Origin: Neocallimastix sp. 'constans'
Taxonomy: Eukaryota
Direction: 5' to 3'
Assembly: GCA_050613775.1 (NCBI GenBank)
Contig: JBODTK010000101.1
Coordinates: 248,001 to 312,000 of the forward strand
Length of the DNA stretch: 64,000 bases
A program made the position numbers and the translations under genes. A model generated the notes under the pieces. It was not told the DNA's origin and made no database searches. It saw only the letters and a program-made list of their open reading frames with translations. How positions within the stretch are numbered: the first letter of the stretch is position 1; each line of letters begins with the position of its first letter. Positions 51,190 through 64,000 of this stretch are shown here, in pieces.

Positions 51190-53205
51190 TTAATAACGAA
51201 GTACTAATTCATTCGTTTTTTGTGATGCTAATTTAGCATGATAATTTCCAATAATATGTTGGTATTGAATATTAATTTTTTCATATTCTTGACTTTCTTT
51301 AATTTTATTAACATTTTTATAATATTCTATATTTGTTAAAATTATTTTTTATATAAAATTATTATTAGCAATAAATTTAATAATAATAATAATAATAATA
51401 ATAATATATATATATATTATTTACTATCATAAAATAAATTTTTATGTTCCAAATAATTTTCTTTTTATTTTAATTTTACCTTTCAATATATTTGTAATGA
51501 TATAAGAGAAATATATCATTTGATTTTTTCTTGAAATTAAATAAGCTGTATAAAAGATTTCTTCGGATTGTGGTGGGTTAATAATATATAGATTTAACCC
51601 TAATACCAATAGAGCATATACTTTTATATGTGATGATTCGGTATTTTCCATTATTTTAATTGATTCAAATAAATTGGTTCTTTTAAGAAGAAGAAAAAAA
51701 AAATTTTTATTTTTTTATTTATTTATTTAAATTTATATTAATTATTAAATAATTAAAATTAATAAATTTAAATGATACCTCGATTTTCTTAGCTCTTTAT
51801 TAAATGTATAAGCCATACTTTTTAAGACTAATAAAGATAATTTAAATTGACTATCATCTACATTACCAATTAAACGAGTTACTTCAGATTCCTTATTTAA
51901 AATATTAATTTTAAATTATTTAAATTTTATTAGCATAACATATTTTATATTATTTATTATATAAAATTATATATATATAGTTTTATTTAATTATAATTTA
52001 CCATATTATTATTATTTAATTTTCCATTGCTTTTATTTAACAATATTAAATTGATTTTTGCTAATAAGGCAACATTACTATTTTTATTTTTTCTTTCTAT
52101 CATCTAAAAAGTATATATATATATATATATATATTATATAATATTTATATATGTTAACAAATAAATAAATATATTTTAATAAAATTATTATTTTATTTTT
52201 TATTTTTTATTTTTTATTTTTTTTTATTTTTTTTTTTTATTTTTTTTTTTATTTTTATTTTTATTTTTATTTTTATTTTTTTTTAATAAAAGTACCTTTA
52301 TTGCGTTTTGATACCAAGTTTCAGCATTTTCTACATTCCCTAATGAATGATTTAAATAACCCAAATACAATGCTAATTGTTGATTTTTATTACTAACTTC
52401 AGTTGTTTTAACAGGAACTGTTGCAAATTCATTTATGAACTTTATTAAATCATTTTTTTTTATGGTTTAAAGAAATAATTTTAGAAAATAATATTAAATA
52501 AATAATTATTTTAATAAAAGTAAATAAATAATATATCATAAACTTACATTAAAAGATCTTAGATAATCACAACGATTAATTAACAATGATATTATTTCTT
52601 TAAGTAAATTTCCTTTTTGATTGATACACCATTCTTTATAATCCTCTATATCTTCATAAAATAAAAAATTTTCTTTTTCTTTTTTTATCAGTATTATTAA
52701 TATTTTTTAATATATTTGTTATTAATAATTAACATATTTTTAACAATTATATTTATTATTATTATATTTATTATTATTTTTGTTATTATTATATTTTAAT
52801 AAAATTTTATTAACATTTTTAATCTACTTACTATCTAAAACAAGAGCCACTATTATATAAATAAACAATACAAAATAATAATAAAATTAAAATAAATAAA
52901 TAAATTAATATATATATGTAAATTATTAGAAAATTGATATATATAAGAACAATCTTTAAATAAAATAAAATGAAATAAAATAATAATTATAATAATAATA
53001 ATATTATTATTGTATACTTACACTGAATATTTGAAATTTCTTTTTCTAAATATTTTAAAACTTCTTTAGATTCTGTTTTAAATTTTAATTTTCTTGTTAA
53101 AAATAAAATGTATGAATATAACTGATGTTCAGATATAAATGAAATATCTATATGATCAACTACAGGATCATTTATTGGTATCTAAGAATTATTTAAAATA
53201 AATTT

Positions 53206-53284
<79 letters not shown>

Positions 53285-56200
53285 ATTAACATTAGATAAA
53301 TTAATAAATTTTTTTTTTTTTTTTAAAAAAAGAAAAAAGTTATTATATTATTACTAATTAAACAAATTAAATATAAAGTTAAAAAGTTATTATCATTATT
53401 TTTTTATTACATCACAAAATGGCATTGCACTTGGAATAATTTCAGAATATTTTTTATTTATTTCATAGATTTGATTTAAATAATTATGTGCCATTTTTAA
53501 ATTATTAAGTTTATAATAACCGTATGCTTTAAGAACATAATCATACATCAGGTAAATTAAACTATTTTTATAAGGGAAAGTTGGAATAATATTTTCATCT
53601 TGATTAGTAAATACAAATTTTATAATAATATCCAATAAATTATCAATTTGTCTGAAGGAATTTTCCATTTCTTCATAATTTTTATTATTTATTAGATATT
53701 GAACTTTATATAATAATAATGCAATCATAATTTCTATATCTACATTTTCCAATGCTTTATTAATGATAGTATCAACTTCATTTAAAAATTCATGCTTATT
53801 TAAGTTATATAATCGATTTAATGCTTTCAATTGGAAATAATAATACCAATACACATTTCTTTCTAATAAAGCTTCATTTGAAGCTTGCTTAATTAGTCCA
53901 TATAAATTTGTTTCATTCATTGTTTTGCTATTGTTTTTTTCACTAATTTTTATATGAATATCTATAATTCTGTATTTCAAATCACTGCAATTTAATTTTT
54001 TACAAAGCATATATGCCTTTTGAATATGCTGTTCTGCTTCATAATAATTATCAGTATAAATATATAAGATTTCACCTAATTTAAATCTGGTTTTTGCTTC
54101 AACTTTTGGTGTTATAAGTTGTTTACAAATTGGTGAATTTAAAATTGATAGTAAGCATTTAATTGCTGTTAAAATTAGATTTTGAATTTTTATTTGATCA
54201 GATGGATCTGTAGTTAGTGAAATTAATTTTTGAGCCTCATGAATATATTCCTCTGAGAATGACCAAAGAATTACATGAAGCGGTATCTGTACTTCTTCAC
54301 TTGCTTCATGCTCTACCTTACTCTGATTATTAATTTCTGAAGATAATTCATTTTGAGAATTGGTATTGTTTTGGTTCCCAAGTGCAGCATCTTGTTTTTG
54401 TTCTAAAGGTTGTTGCTTTATTTTTGGTTGCTCAAGTCTCTGTTGTTCTAACTTTTGTTTTTCTATTTTTTGTTTTTCTAATTTTTGTTGTTCCAATTTT
54501 TGTTGTTCCAATTTTTGTTGTTCCAATTTTTGTTGTTCCAATTTTTGTTGTTCTAATTTTTGTTGTTCTAATTTTTGTTGTTCCAATTTTTGTTGTTCCA
54601 ATTTTTGTTGTTCCAATTTTTGTTGTTCCAATTTTTGTTGTTCCAATTTTTGTTGTTCCAATTTTTGTTGTTCCAATTTTTGTTGTTCCAATTTTTGTTG
54701 TTCCAATTTTTGTTGTTCCAATTTTTGTTGTTCCATTTTTTGTTGTTCCAATTTTTGTTTTTCTAACTTTTGCTGTTCTAATCTCTGTTGCTCTAATCTC
54801 TGTTGTTCTAATCTCTGTTGTTCTAATCTCTGTTGTTCCAATTTTTGTTGTTCCAATTTTTGTTGTTCCAATTTTTGTTGTTCTAATCTTTGTTGTTCTA
54901 ATCTTTGTTGTTCTAATCTTTGTTGTTCTAATCTTTGTTGTTCTAATCTTTGTTGTTCTAATCTTTGTTGTTCTAATCTTTGTTGCTCCAATTCTTGTTG
55001 TTCCAATTTTTGTTGCTCTAATAATTGTTGTTGCTGTTCATTTTGTGTTCTTATACGTTTTCTTCTTTTAATAACTTGGCCTGAATGTTGTTCATTTGAT
55101 ACATTTAAATTATAACCATCAGATACTTTTTGAGAATTTAGATGTTGTTGTTGAGATAAATTTGAATACGAAATTGAAGATTGAAACATATTATTTTGAT
55201 CACTTGTTGGTGTATTTGGATATGAAGGCAAGAACGACTGGCTTCCCATTTTCTGTAAATAACCAAGGTTATTATTATCGTTAATATTATTTTGTTGATA
55301 TTGATTGCTAGTTGCTACTGAAGGTGTATTATTATTACTATTATTACTTATATATTGACCTGACGATGAATTGTCAATATAAGTATTTTGATTTTTTGAA
55401 TTTACATTTTGAGATTGCTGATGAGATTGACTAGAAACAGATAAATTTGTATTTTGATTTTGAATGTTTTGATTATTTTGTATAGAATAATTCATTTGAT
55501 TGGATCTTGTTTTAAAACTTTGGGAATAATATTGATTAGCTTGTCTTTGATCTTGTTGTTGCTGAGAATAACCATATGGAGAATTAATTTGATGTTGTTG
55601 ATTTTGATAATATCTCTGTTGTTGCTCTTGTTGCTGCTGTTGCTGTTGATACTTCCTTTTTTGTTCTTCCTGTTGACGTTGAAACTTAATTCTTTGTTCT
55701 TCCTCTTGCTGTTTTCTAAGTTGCATTTGTCTTTGCTTTTCTTCTTCTTGTTGCTTCTTTAATTGAATTTGCCTTTGTCTTTCTTCCTCTTGTTGTTTTC
55801 TAAATTGAATTTGTCTTTGTCTTTCTTCCTCATGTTGCTTTTGTAATAGTAATTTTCTTTGTGATTCTTCTTCTTGTTGCTTTTTTAATTGTAATTGTTG
55901 TTGTTCTCGTTGTTGCTGTTGATACTGAAATTGACGTTGTTGTTCTTCTTCTTGTTGCTTTTGTAAATGATACATACGACGTTGTTCCTGTTGTTGTCGT
56001 TGAATTTGATATTGTTGTTGTTGTTCTTTTTCTTGTTGTTGCTGAAGCTGCATTTGCCTTTTTTGTTCCTGTTGTCGTAAAATTTGTACTCTTCGTTGTT
56101 CTTCCTGTCTTAATAATTGTATTTGTCTTTGCTTTTCCTGTTCCTGCTGTATTTGATATTGATATTGATATTGCTTTTGTTGTTGATATTGTAATTGAGG

Positions 56201-56530
56201 TTGCTGTTGTTGTTGTTGTTTAATTTGATATACTCCTTGTTGTGGCTGTTGCTGTGGTTGTTGAGTTTGCTGTTGTTGGTAATTTTGGTACATCTGATTT
56301 TGCATTTGATTTTGATAATTATATTGAACTGAATTATTTCCTTGTTGAGACACCTGAATCTGTATTTCATCCACTGGAACGTAAGAATTATAATATGTAT
56401 TTCTATTATAATTATTCATCTGCTGATCGACCTGTTGTCGCTCAGAATAACTTACATTATTGATCATATTAACATTTTGATTAGAATTTTGATTTAAATT
56501 CCAATTCATATATTTATTATTATAATTCAT
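51190..56530 (-). CDS. Cohesin loader subunit Scc4/MAU2-like with a long Q-rich N-terminal extension, multi-exon
   Basis: SEEYIHEA..LILTAIKCLLSIL..L.TPKVEAKTRFKLGEILYIYTDNYYEAEQHIQKA matches the Scc4/MAU2 N-terminal TPR pattern; downstream small exons run to ..LVLRY* at 51190. Confidence 0.75.
54422..55021 (-). repeat. Coding 15-bp minisatellite, 40 units encoding (LEQQK/R)n
   Basis: 600 bp of TTRGAACAACAAARA-type units. Confidence 0.95.
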
Positions 56531-56533
56531 CTT

Positions 56534-56580
<47 letters not shown>

Positions 56581-57190
56581 AAGAATATAAATGTGTATAT
56601 TAAATTAATTACTGTTTATTACTGTTTATTTTCTCTTCTATTTACTTCTAATACTTTTTAATAATTTAATTATTTATTTAAATTTAATATTATATTGAAA
56701 TATATATATATATCTAAATATATAAAAATATAATTATTATTAATTTGAAATTTCATTCATCTTTTTTAATTTTTAAAATTCATTATAATTATTTATAAGA
56801 AATAAATAATATATATATATATCATTTCTAAATATAGACTTGTTTTATCATTAATAAATAAGTTTAATATCCATATAATATATATATTTATAAATTTTTT
56901 AAAATTTAAAAATTTAATAATAATTAATTTATTATATATACAATTTTATATTTATACTTTTTTATAAACCTATATCTACAAAATATATATATATCTAATT
57001 TTTTATGTCAATTAAAATTTATGATTTGATTTATACTATTATAAATTTTATTTTGTCGAATTTTATATTTTTTATTATTTTCAAAATTTTCAAAATATTA
57101 CATATAAATAAATAAATTATATATATATATAAAAGAAAACTATCTGATGTTATTTAAATTAAAAAATTAATTTATTTTTTTTTTTTTTTT

Positions 57191-57385
57191 TAGGATTTTT
57201 GTATATATCTACATATATTATGCCTTTCTTTTACTCATACCGTATAAATATTTATATACATTGTAAGTAAAATCAAGAGCGGTATAATATTCAATAAATA
57301 TAGGTCACCATAAGCATATATAATGTATCGATCAACCACAATAGTTACTAATTGGTCATAACCAGTTCGATAATTTATCATTATT
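57191..57385 (-). repeat. Dispersed element Y, copy 2
   Basis: Inverted homolog of 23895-24085; followed by poly(A) on the minus strand. Confidence 0.75.
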
Positions 57386-57392
57386 CAAAATA

Positions 57393-57426
<34 letters not shown>

Positions 57427-57450
57427 CAATATCAATTTAAAATATTTATA

Positions 57451-57535
<85 letters not shown>

Positions 57536-57977
57536 TTTTTTTTTTTTTTTTTTTTTTTCTAAAACATTATTTTTTTCTAAAAATAATAATAAATAAAAAA
57601 TAAAAAATTAATTTTAATAAATAAATTATTATTAATAAATTACTTTGAAAAAAGATTATTTTAAGTATTTGATTTTATACATAAATAAATTAATTTAAAA
57701 TTATTTTAATAGTTAAAGACAAAATTTTATAATTAAAAATTCAATAAATTTATAATTATATATGTAAATCTATATTTAAATTTATCATTAATTATTGGTT
57801 AATATAATAGGAATAAATATGGGAGGAATATATATAATAAAGGTCTATATTAATATATGTTTAATTATTTTAAAATTTAAATATAATAGGAAAGAATAAT
57901 ATATATAATATATATATTATAATATATATAGAATATTAAAATATTAATTTTTTGAAATTTAATGTTTTCAAAATATA

Positions 57978-59030
57978 TTAATGATTTATAAATATAGCAC
58001 TATCCATTTTTTCAAAAGTGTCATTCATTTTAACTTCACTATCATTTACACTTTTAGGTTTTTCATGATTTATTAGAATTTGACTATCATCACAATAAAC
58101 CATACTACTATTTTCTTGACTGCTCTGAATTGAATTTTCTATTATATTACTTAAGTCAGTTTCCATATTTGATAATTCAAATAATTTTGGATTATATATT
58201 TTATTATTATCAATATTAATGCTTTCATCTTCATTCTTAATTTTAATTATGTTATCCTTTCCATTAAAGTTGATTGGTAATGGTGATATCTTCTTATCTT
58301 GAAGTTTTTTATTATCATTTAATGAATCATTATCTATTGATTTAGTAGACATTGATAATCCTGTGTTACATTTTGAAATTTTAATATTTGAAATTCTATT
58401 GGTAATATTAGATTCAGATTTACTAACCTTACAATCATCATTAGAAATCTTTCTCTTTTTACCAACTATACCATTTATATTATTACTATCGTTATTATTA
58501 TTGTTGTTTATCGTTTTTCTCTTTTTTAACAATGGATCATTAATATAATCATTATTATTACTATTACTGTGGTTCTTAGTATCATAACTAATAGCAATAT
58601 AATATTTTTGTTTATTATAATTTTTGTTATCTTCAAGTGAAACTTCATTAATAATATCATATAAACTTTCCTATTTTATTCAAAATTAATATTTAATTTT
58701 AATGATTTATTATTATTATTGATGTTGTTATTGTTGTTGTTGATGATTTTATTATTATTATTATTATTATTATTACCTCAATTTGAACTTCATCATATCT
58801 ATCACATAATGGTTTCCAATTTTCTTCTATATCATTTGGTGGATATTTAAACTCTGGTCCAAAATTTAATGTAACAGAACCTCCTTTAAATAACGATACA
58901 GATGGATAATATCCTAAGGAGCCATCATCATCTTATATATTATTTTTTGACAAAAAAAAATTAGTAAATTTATTTAATCAAATTAAAAAAAATATAATAT
59001 TAAAAAATTAAAAATAAATTCTTTAAAAAC

Positions 59031-59112
<82 letters not shown>

Positions 59113-61959
59113 CATACATATATTAGAAGATCTATTATAAGGCTCAAATTTACAATTTCTATATTCAGGACGTAAATATGAGGTAGCAGCAACAGGTAAT
59201 GGTATATCCTGAAAAGCTATTCCTTGATTTTTACCATTTTTATAAAATACAATTTTTGAATTCGGAAGTTTAGGGAAATCGTTTGATGTTAATGGTATAC
59301 TATTCATTATTTCATCTTTAGAATCTTCATAATTTGTTGAACTGGATGAATCAGATGAAAAGGAGGATAAAGATGAATGTTTTGATTTTAGATTATATTG
59401 TACAATGAGAGGAAGATTAATAGGAAGATAATCATTTGTTTCTGAATATAATCTTTTCTTATATTTAATAATCTTTCTTTTATGCAAAACTCTTTTATTA
59501 GATAATATATCTAATGGTAAATCATAAACGTCATTAACAATCATATCTTTATTAATATCTTTAAGAGATAATGATCTATAACGACTTTTATGAATATTTT
59601 TATTATTAGCTTGAGAATTTGATTTCGATAATTTTGATATTAAATTTTTATCTAACGAAGGTAATGATATATAACAACCAATAACGTCACCTGATTTATA
59701 AGGCTCACCATATGGTGTCGGTAAGGATTCATGAAGTTTTTCACCTGTTTTATCTCTATATCCATAACCATATGAATCATATCCTACAGGACCATGAAGT
59801 GTTGCTGTTATATTTATATGAAAGAATGTAATTATAATCACATTAATTACAAATATATGATTATTATAAAATTTGCATTGATCATATTTTAATAATTTGA
59901 TAATATAATTATTTATGGAATATTAATAGAATTATTAATAATTTAATATTTAAAATATCATAATAATAATAATAAATAATAAATAAAAATAATAAAAATA
60001 AGAACATACACATAAAAAAAAAAAAAAAAAAAAAAAAAAGAAAAAAAAGAAATTAAAATACCTTCTCTTCTTGACCACCCAACTCTAACATTAGGGCCAT
60101 TAGTGGTTCTCTGTTGACCTATACCATGACCTGCCTTATTAACTATAATTTCAAAATACCAATTGCCTTCTTTCACACCATAATTAGTTCTTGCCATACG
60201 AAAACCACCATTAGAATATGCAGTTAAACCATTTTTAGTTATATTAATAGATGAATCACAATCAAATGGACATAAATGAATTGCGGATTCAAGTGAATTA
60301 AAATCTCTTTTTTTCCTGAAAACTAAATTCTCTAATTTTTTATTTACCTCAACACGTTCATATTTATATCCATTTTTATTATAAAAATGCTCCTTTGAGC
60401 TATTTGAATTATCCAAATTATCTAATAAATCATTTATAGATACTTCTTTTAATTTAATAGAAAAACCACTACTCTTTTTTATTAATTTATTGGTTTTTTT
60501 ACCCAGAAGATTTTGATGATTATTACTATGACTTGAATGATTATTATATGAATTATAAGAATTAGAAATGGAGGATGACGAATTGGAACTAGAAGTAGAT
60601 GAGGTATAACTATTTAATTTTCCTGATGATTTTGAACCTTTTATTAAAGATTTTTGATGTTTAGATGAAATCTCAGATATATTATTCGATTTTTTATTCA
60701 GATATTGAGATTTAGATGATTTATCATGTTTTAATTTTCCTTTTGAACTATCGGAATTATAATTACTAGTTTTCATACTTGGAACACCCTATAAATATTT
60801 TTTGAATAATTTATTATTTATAATTTTATATATTATATACAATGTAATATAAAAAAAATTAAAATTTCATTATTATAAATTTTATTTTTTCAAAATATAT
60901 TTCATTAAAATTTTATATTAAATGTGTGTAAATGAATATATATATATATTATATTACTTGTCCTGTAGGTCTTAAATTAAAAAGATCCCTATCTAATAAA
61001 ATAAATTCGGATGCTGCACTTCGAGCATGCTCATCTTTTGCTATATAATTATCTTTTGATGTATACATGCAACTTCCAACCTATTGTATAAATAAAAAAT
61101 ATTTTTACAATTTTTTTCAATTTAAAATTAATCAAGTCAATATATATATTAAATAATTAAAAAGAAATTAATTTAAAAATTTAAATCCTAAAATGTATAA
61201 TACTTACAGTTGCCCACCATGTTGGAGTTCTTGCACTAATTTATTTTATTTTATTTTATTTTATTTTTTAATTAATTAAAATAATTTATATAGATATACG
61301 ATAATTAGATAGAATTAATATATTGATAATATTATGTATATGAACTATTTAAAATTTAATTTTAAATAAGATTTTATTTAAAAACATTTTATTTAAAAAA
61401 AAAAAAAAAAAAGACCACATTTAATTAAAGAAGTTTATAATATATAATATTTTGCCTACCGATTAGTACATAAGGCTTCCCAATGTTTATCTAAAAATGG
61501 ACATATACCATCTTTTTTATCAAACCAATATCCTTCAGGAATAATAGAAACTCCTTGACCATACTTATTAATTAAGCCTTCTTTTCTTAATCTTTCTACT
61601 GAAAGATTTGCGAAAGCAGCATTAATAGCATCCTTCCAACTAGCTGTAACTTTTTCAAAAGTTTCTTCCGGGGAACATAATTGACAAGTAAATCTATAGT
61701 TTGTCATGAATGGTACAATGGAATTTTTAGAAACTATTAAGCTTGGATTTTTTAAACATTCTACATGAAACCAATTTTTACATTGAATACATTGCATATT
61801 TAAGGTGGTTAAAGTACGATCTTTACCACAATAGCAATATTTTCTTTGAACATTTTGTGTATGTTCTTTATTCCATTCAAGTTCACTTGGATTATACGGA
61901 AGTTTTATATTTGATACAAATGTATTTATTTTTTTACTTTTCTGTTTTTCTTGTTTCAT
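57978..61959 (-). CDS. ASH2: Set1/COMPASS subunit Ash2 (PHD-like, winged helix, SPRY), multi-exon
   Basis: YCYCG..QCIQCKNWFHVECL, PFMTNYRFTCQLC, GFRMARTNYGVKEGNWYFE, VRVGWSRRE, PVGYDSYGYGYRD, FYKNGKNQGIAF, YYPSVSLFKG..LNFGPEFKYPP. Confidence 0.93.
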
Positions 61960-62019
61960 TTTTAAAATTTATATACAAAGAAAATTTTATATATTGAAAA
62001 TAAAGTAAGAAAAGTACAA

Positions 62020-62064
<45 letters not shown>

Positions 62065-62667
62065 AAGCAATGGAAAGTTAATCTAACAAAAATATTCTAT
62101 TTATTTTAAAAAATAAATTTAATTATTATTGATACTTATTATAAAAATATTTATAAAATTATTATATTATATATTAATAATAAATATATATATATATCTA
62201 ATGTATATATAAATAATTATATATTCTTTAAATGATATATAATAATTGTAATAACTCTATAATACAAAAATTAAGAATTTTTTGTAATTACAATTTAATT
62301 TATAAGAAAAATAATAATAATTTTATTATTTAAAAAAAAAAATAAAATAATATGATGGCTTTTAACAAAATAAATAAATTGAATTTTTTAAGAAATATAA
62401 ATTTATCAATTTATAAATACAATCCAAAGATAAAAATATTAAATTTAATTATAATTTAATATTAAAAAAATAAAAACAGCTTTAAAATACTTACAAATTA
62501 ATATAATAAATAATTAATTAATTAATTATTGGGAAAAAAAAATAAAAAATAACATTGTATAATATTTATAAATAATTATATTATTTTTCAATCTATATAT
62601 ATATATATACAAATCTATATTAAGAATTTCAAAATTTGAATTTTAATGCATTTATCTTTTATTATTC

Positions 62668-62717
<50 letters not shown>

Positions 62718-63049
62718 TATTATTTTTAAAATTATAAAATATTTTATTAAAAAATATATTTCATAATTTTAAATAAATAATTATTAGTGTTATATTATTT
62801 TATTCACTTTAATAATATATTTAATAATATACTAAACATTAATAATAATTTATTAATAACATATATAGTTATATATAGTTAATAAAAATTATAAAAAATA
62901 TATCTAATTAAAATTCAATTAATATTAAATTATTATTATATTCATGAATATATTAAATTAAAAATTTTGTATATTAATAAATATAAAATTTAAAATATAA
63001 TATATTGTTTATCCATTTTTTTTTTTTTTGAAAATTACAAAAAAATTAA

Positions 63050-63135
63050 TTTTTTTTTTTTTTTTTAGACTGGGATTAACGAGGGCCTCCAGTCTCTCCC
63101 TTAAACCTATTAGATTCTCATTGGATTCTTTATCA
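63050..63135 (-). mobile_element. Very short retroposed 3'-end fragment with a terminal hairpin and poly(A)
   Basis: Minus strand reads AGACTGGaggccctcgttaatcCCAGTCT-A17; resembles the 3' end at 17038-17070. Confidence 0.5.
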
Positions 63136-63872
63136 TATTGTTTAAAAAAATGATATATAAAAAATTAAAATAGTTTATAATTATTATATAATATATAATT
63201 AAATAATTTTTATAATAAATATTAATTATAAACAGTAATTAATATATAAAATTATAAGTAAACTATAATATTTATATTAATAAATTTTAAAGTTATATTG
63301 CTACGCTTTTACATTTGAAGTATAAAGAAAAAAATAATTCATAATAAATTAAAATATTATATTAATTCATTTTTTTATTATTAAAATAATTAAATGTTAT
63401 TTTAAAAATAATTAGCTTTTATTTGATTGTTATTTAAATATATTATAAAAAATTATATATATCATTGTTCTTCATATCAAGTATAAATTAGTTATTGTTT
63501 TACTATATATTGATAAATAAATATAAAAAATTAAAAGAAAAAATTTAAATACTTAAAAGGAAACTTTATTATATAATTATTATATGTCGTTAAAAATTAA
63601 AAAATAAAAAAAAAAAAATAAAAAAAAAAATAAAATTTTGTTTTTTTTGCTTTTTTATTGATAGTATGAATATTTCAAAAAAAAATAGAATGAAAACTAT
63701 ATTGAAATATTTATAATATATAAAGAAAAATAAATATATATAAACATTTTTATTTATTTTCCAGCATTATTATAAAAGCTTTTTAGATCCCTTTATAATA
63801 AATACATTTAAAAAATACTTCTAAATTAATTTCATATTAATTCATTCATTTCAACAGTTTCTCATTTTAAAA

Positions 63873-64000
<128 letters not shown>

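Noticed and set aside
54422..55021. CRISPR-like regular array
   Set aside because: Tandem units without unique spacers, inside a eukaryotic coding exon.
54360..55115. Plus-strand ORFs with (CCSNF)n, (VVPIF)n and (LLFQF)n repeats
   Set aside because: Antisense shadows of the 15-bp LEQQK coding minisatellite, which lacks stop codons in those frames.

Overview
Extremely AT-rich, intron-rich eukaryotic DNA with long poly(A)/poly(T) and (AAT)n tracts. The gene set and composition fit an anaerobic gut fungus (Neocallimastigomycota); this is an inference. Host genes: TLDc/OXR1-like, a six-exon Pil1/Lsp1-like BAR gene that the ORF track misses, TOP2, a MEF2-type MADS-box factor, an F-box-like/ankyrin protein, a small membrane protein, a Scc4/MAU2-like cohesin loader with a very long Q-rich and (LEQQK)40 N-terminal extension, and ASH2/BRE2. 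From about 5.1 to 22.8 kb lies a co-oriented, head-to-tail pile of non-LTR retrotransposons (APE-RT-CCHC, two 3'-end families) joined largely at poly(A) tails. Two non-coding signals stand out. One is a duplicated ~145-nt element inside the LINE array that folds by eye into a nested rod with a 6-bp pseudoknot, and whose homology starts exactly at its closing stem. The other is a ~190-bp dispersed element lying in the same orientation ~0.7-0.8 kb upstream of both TOP2 and SCC4. Exon boundaries, alignments and folds were read by eye; relic boundaries are approximate.
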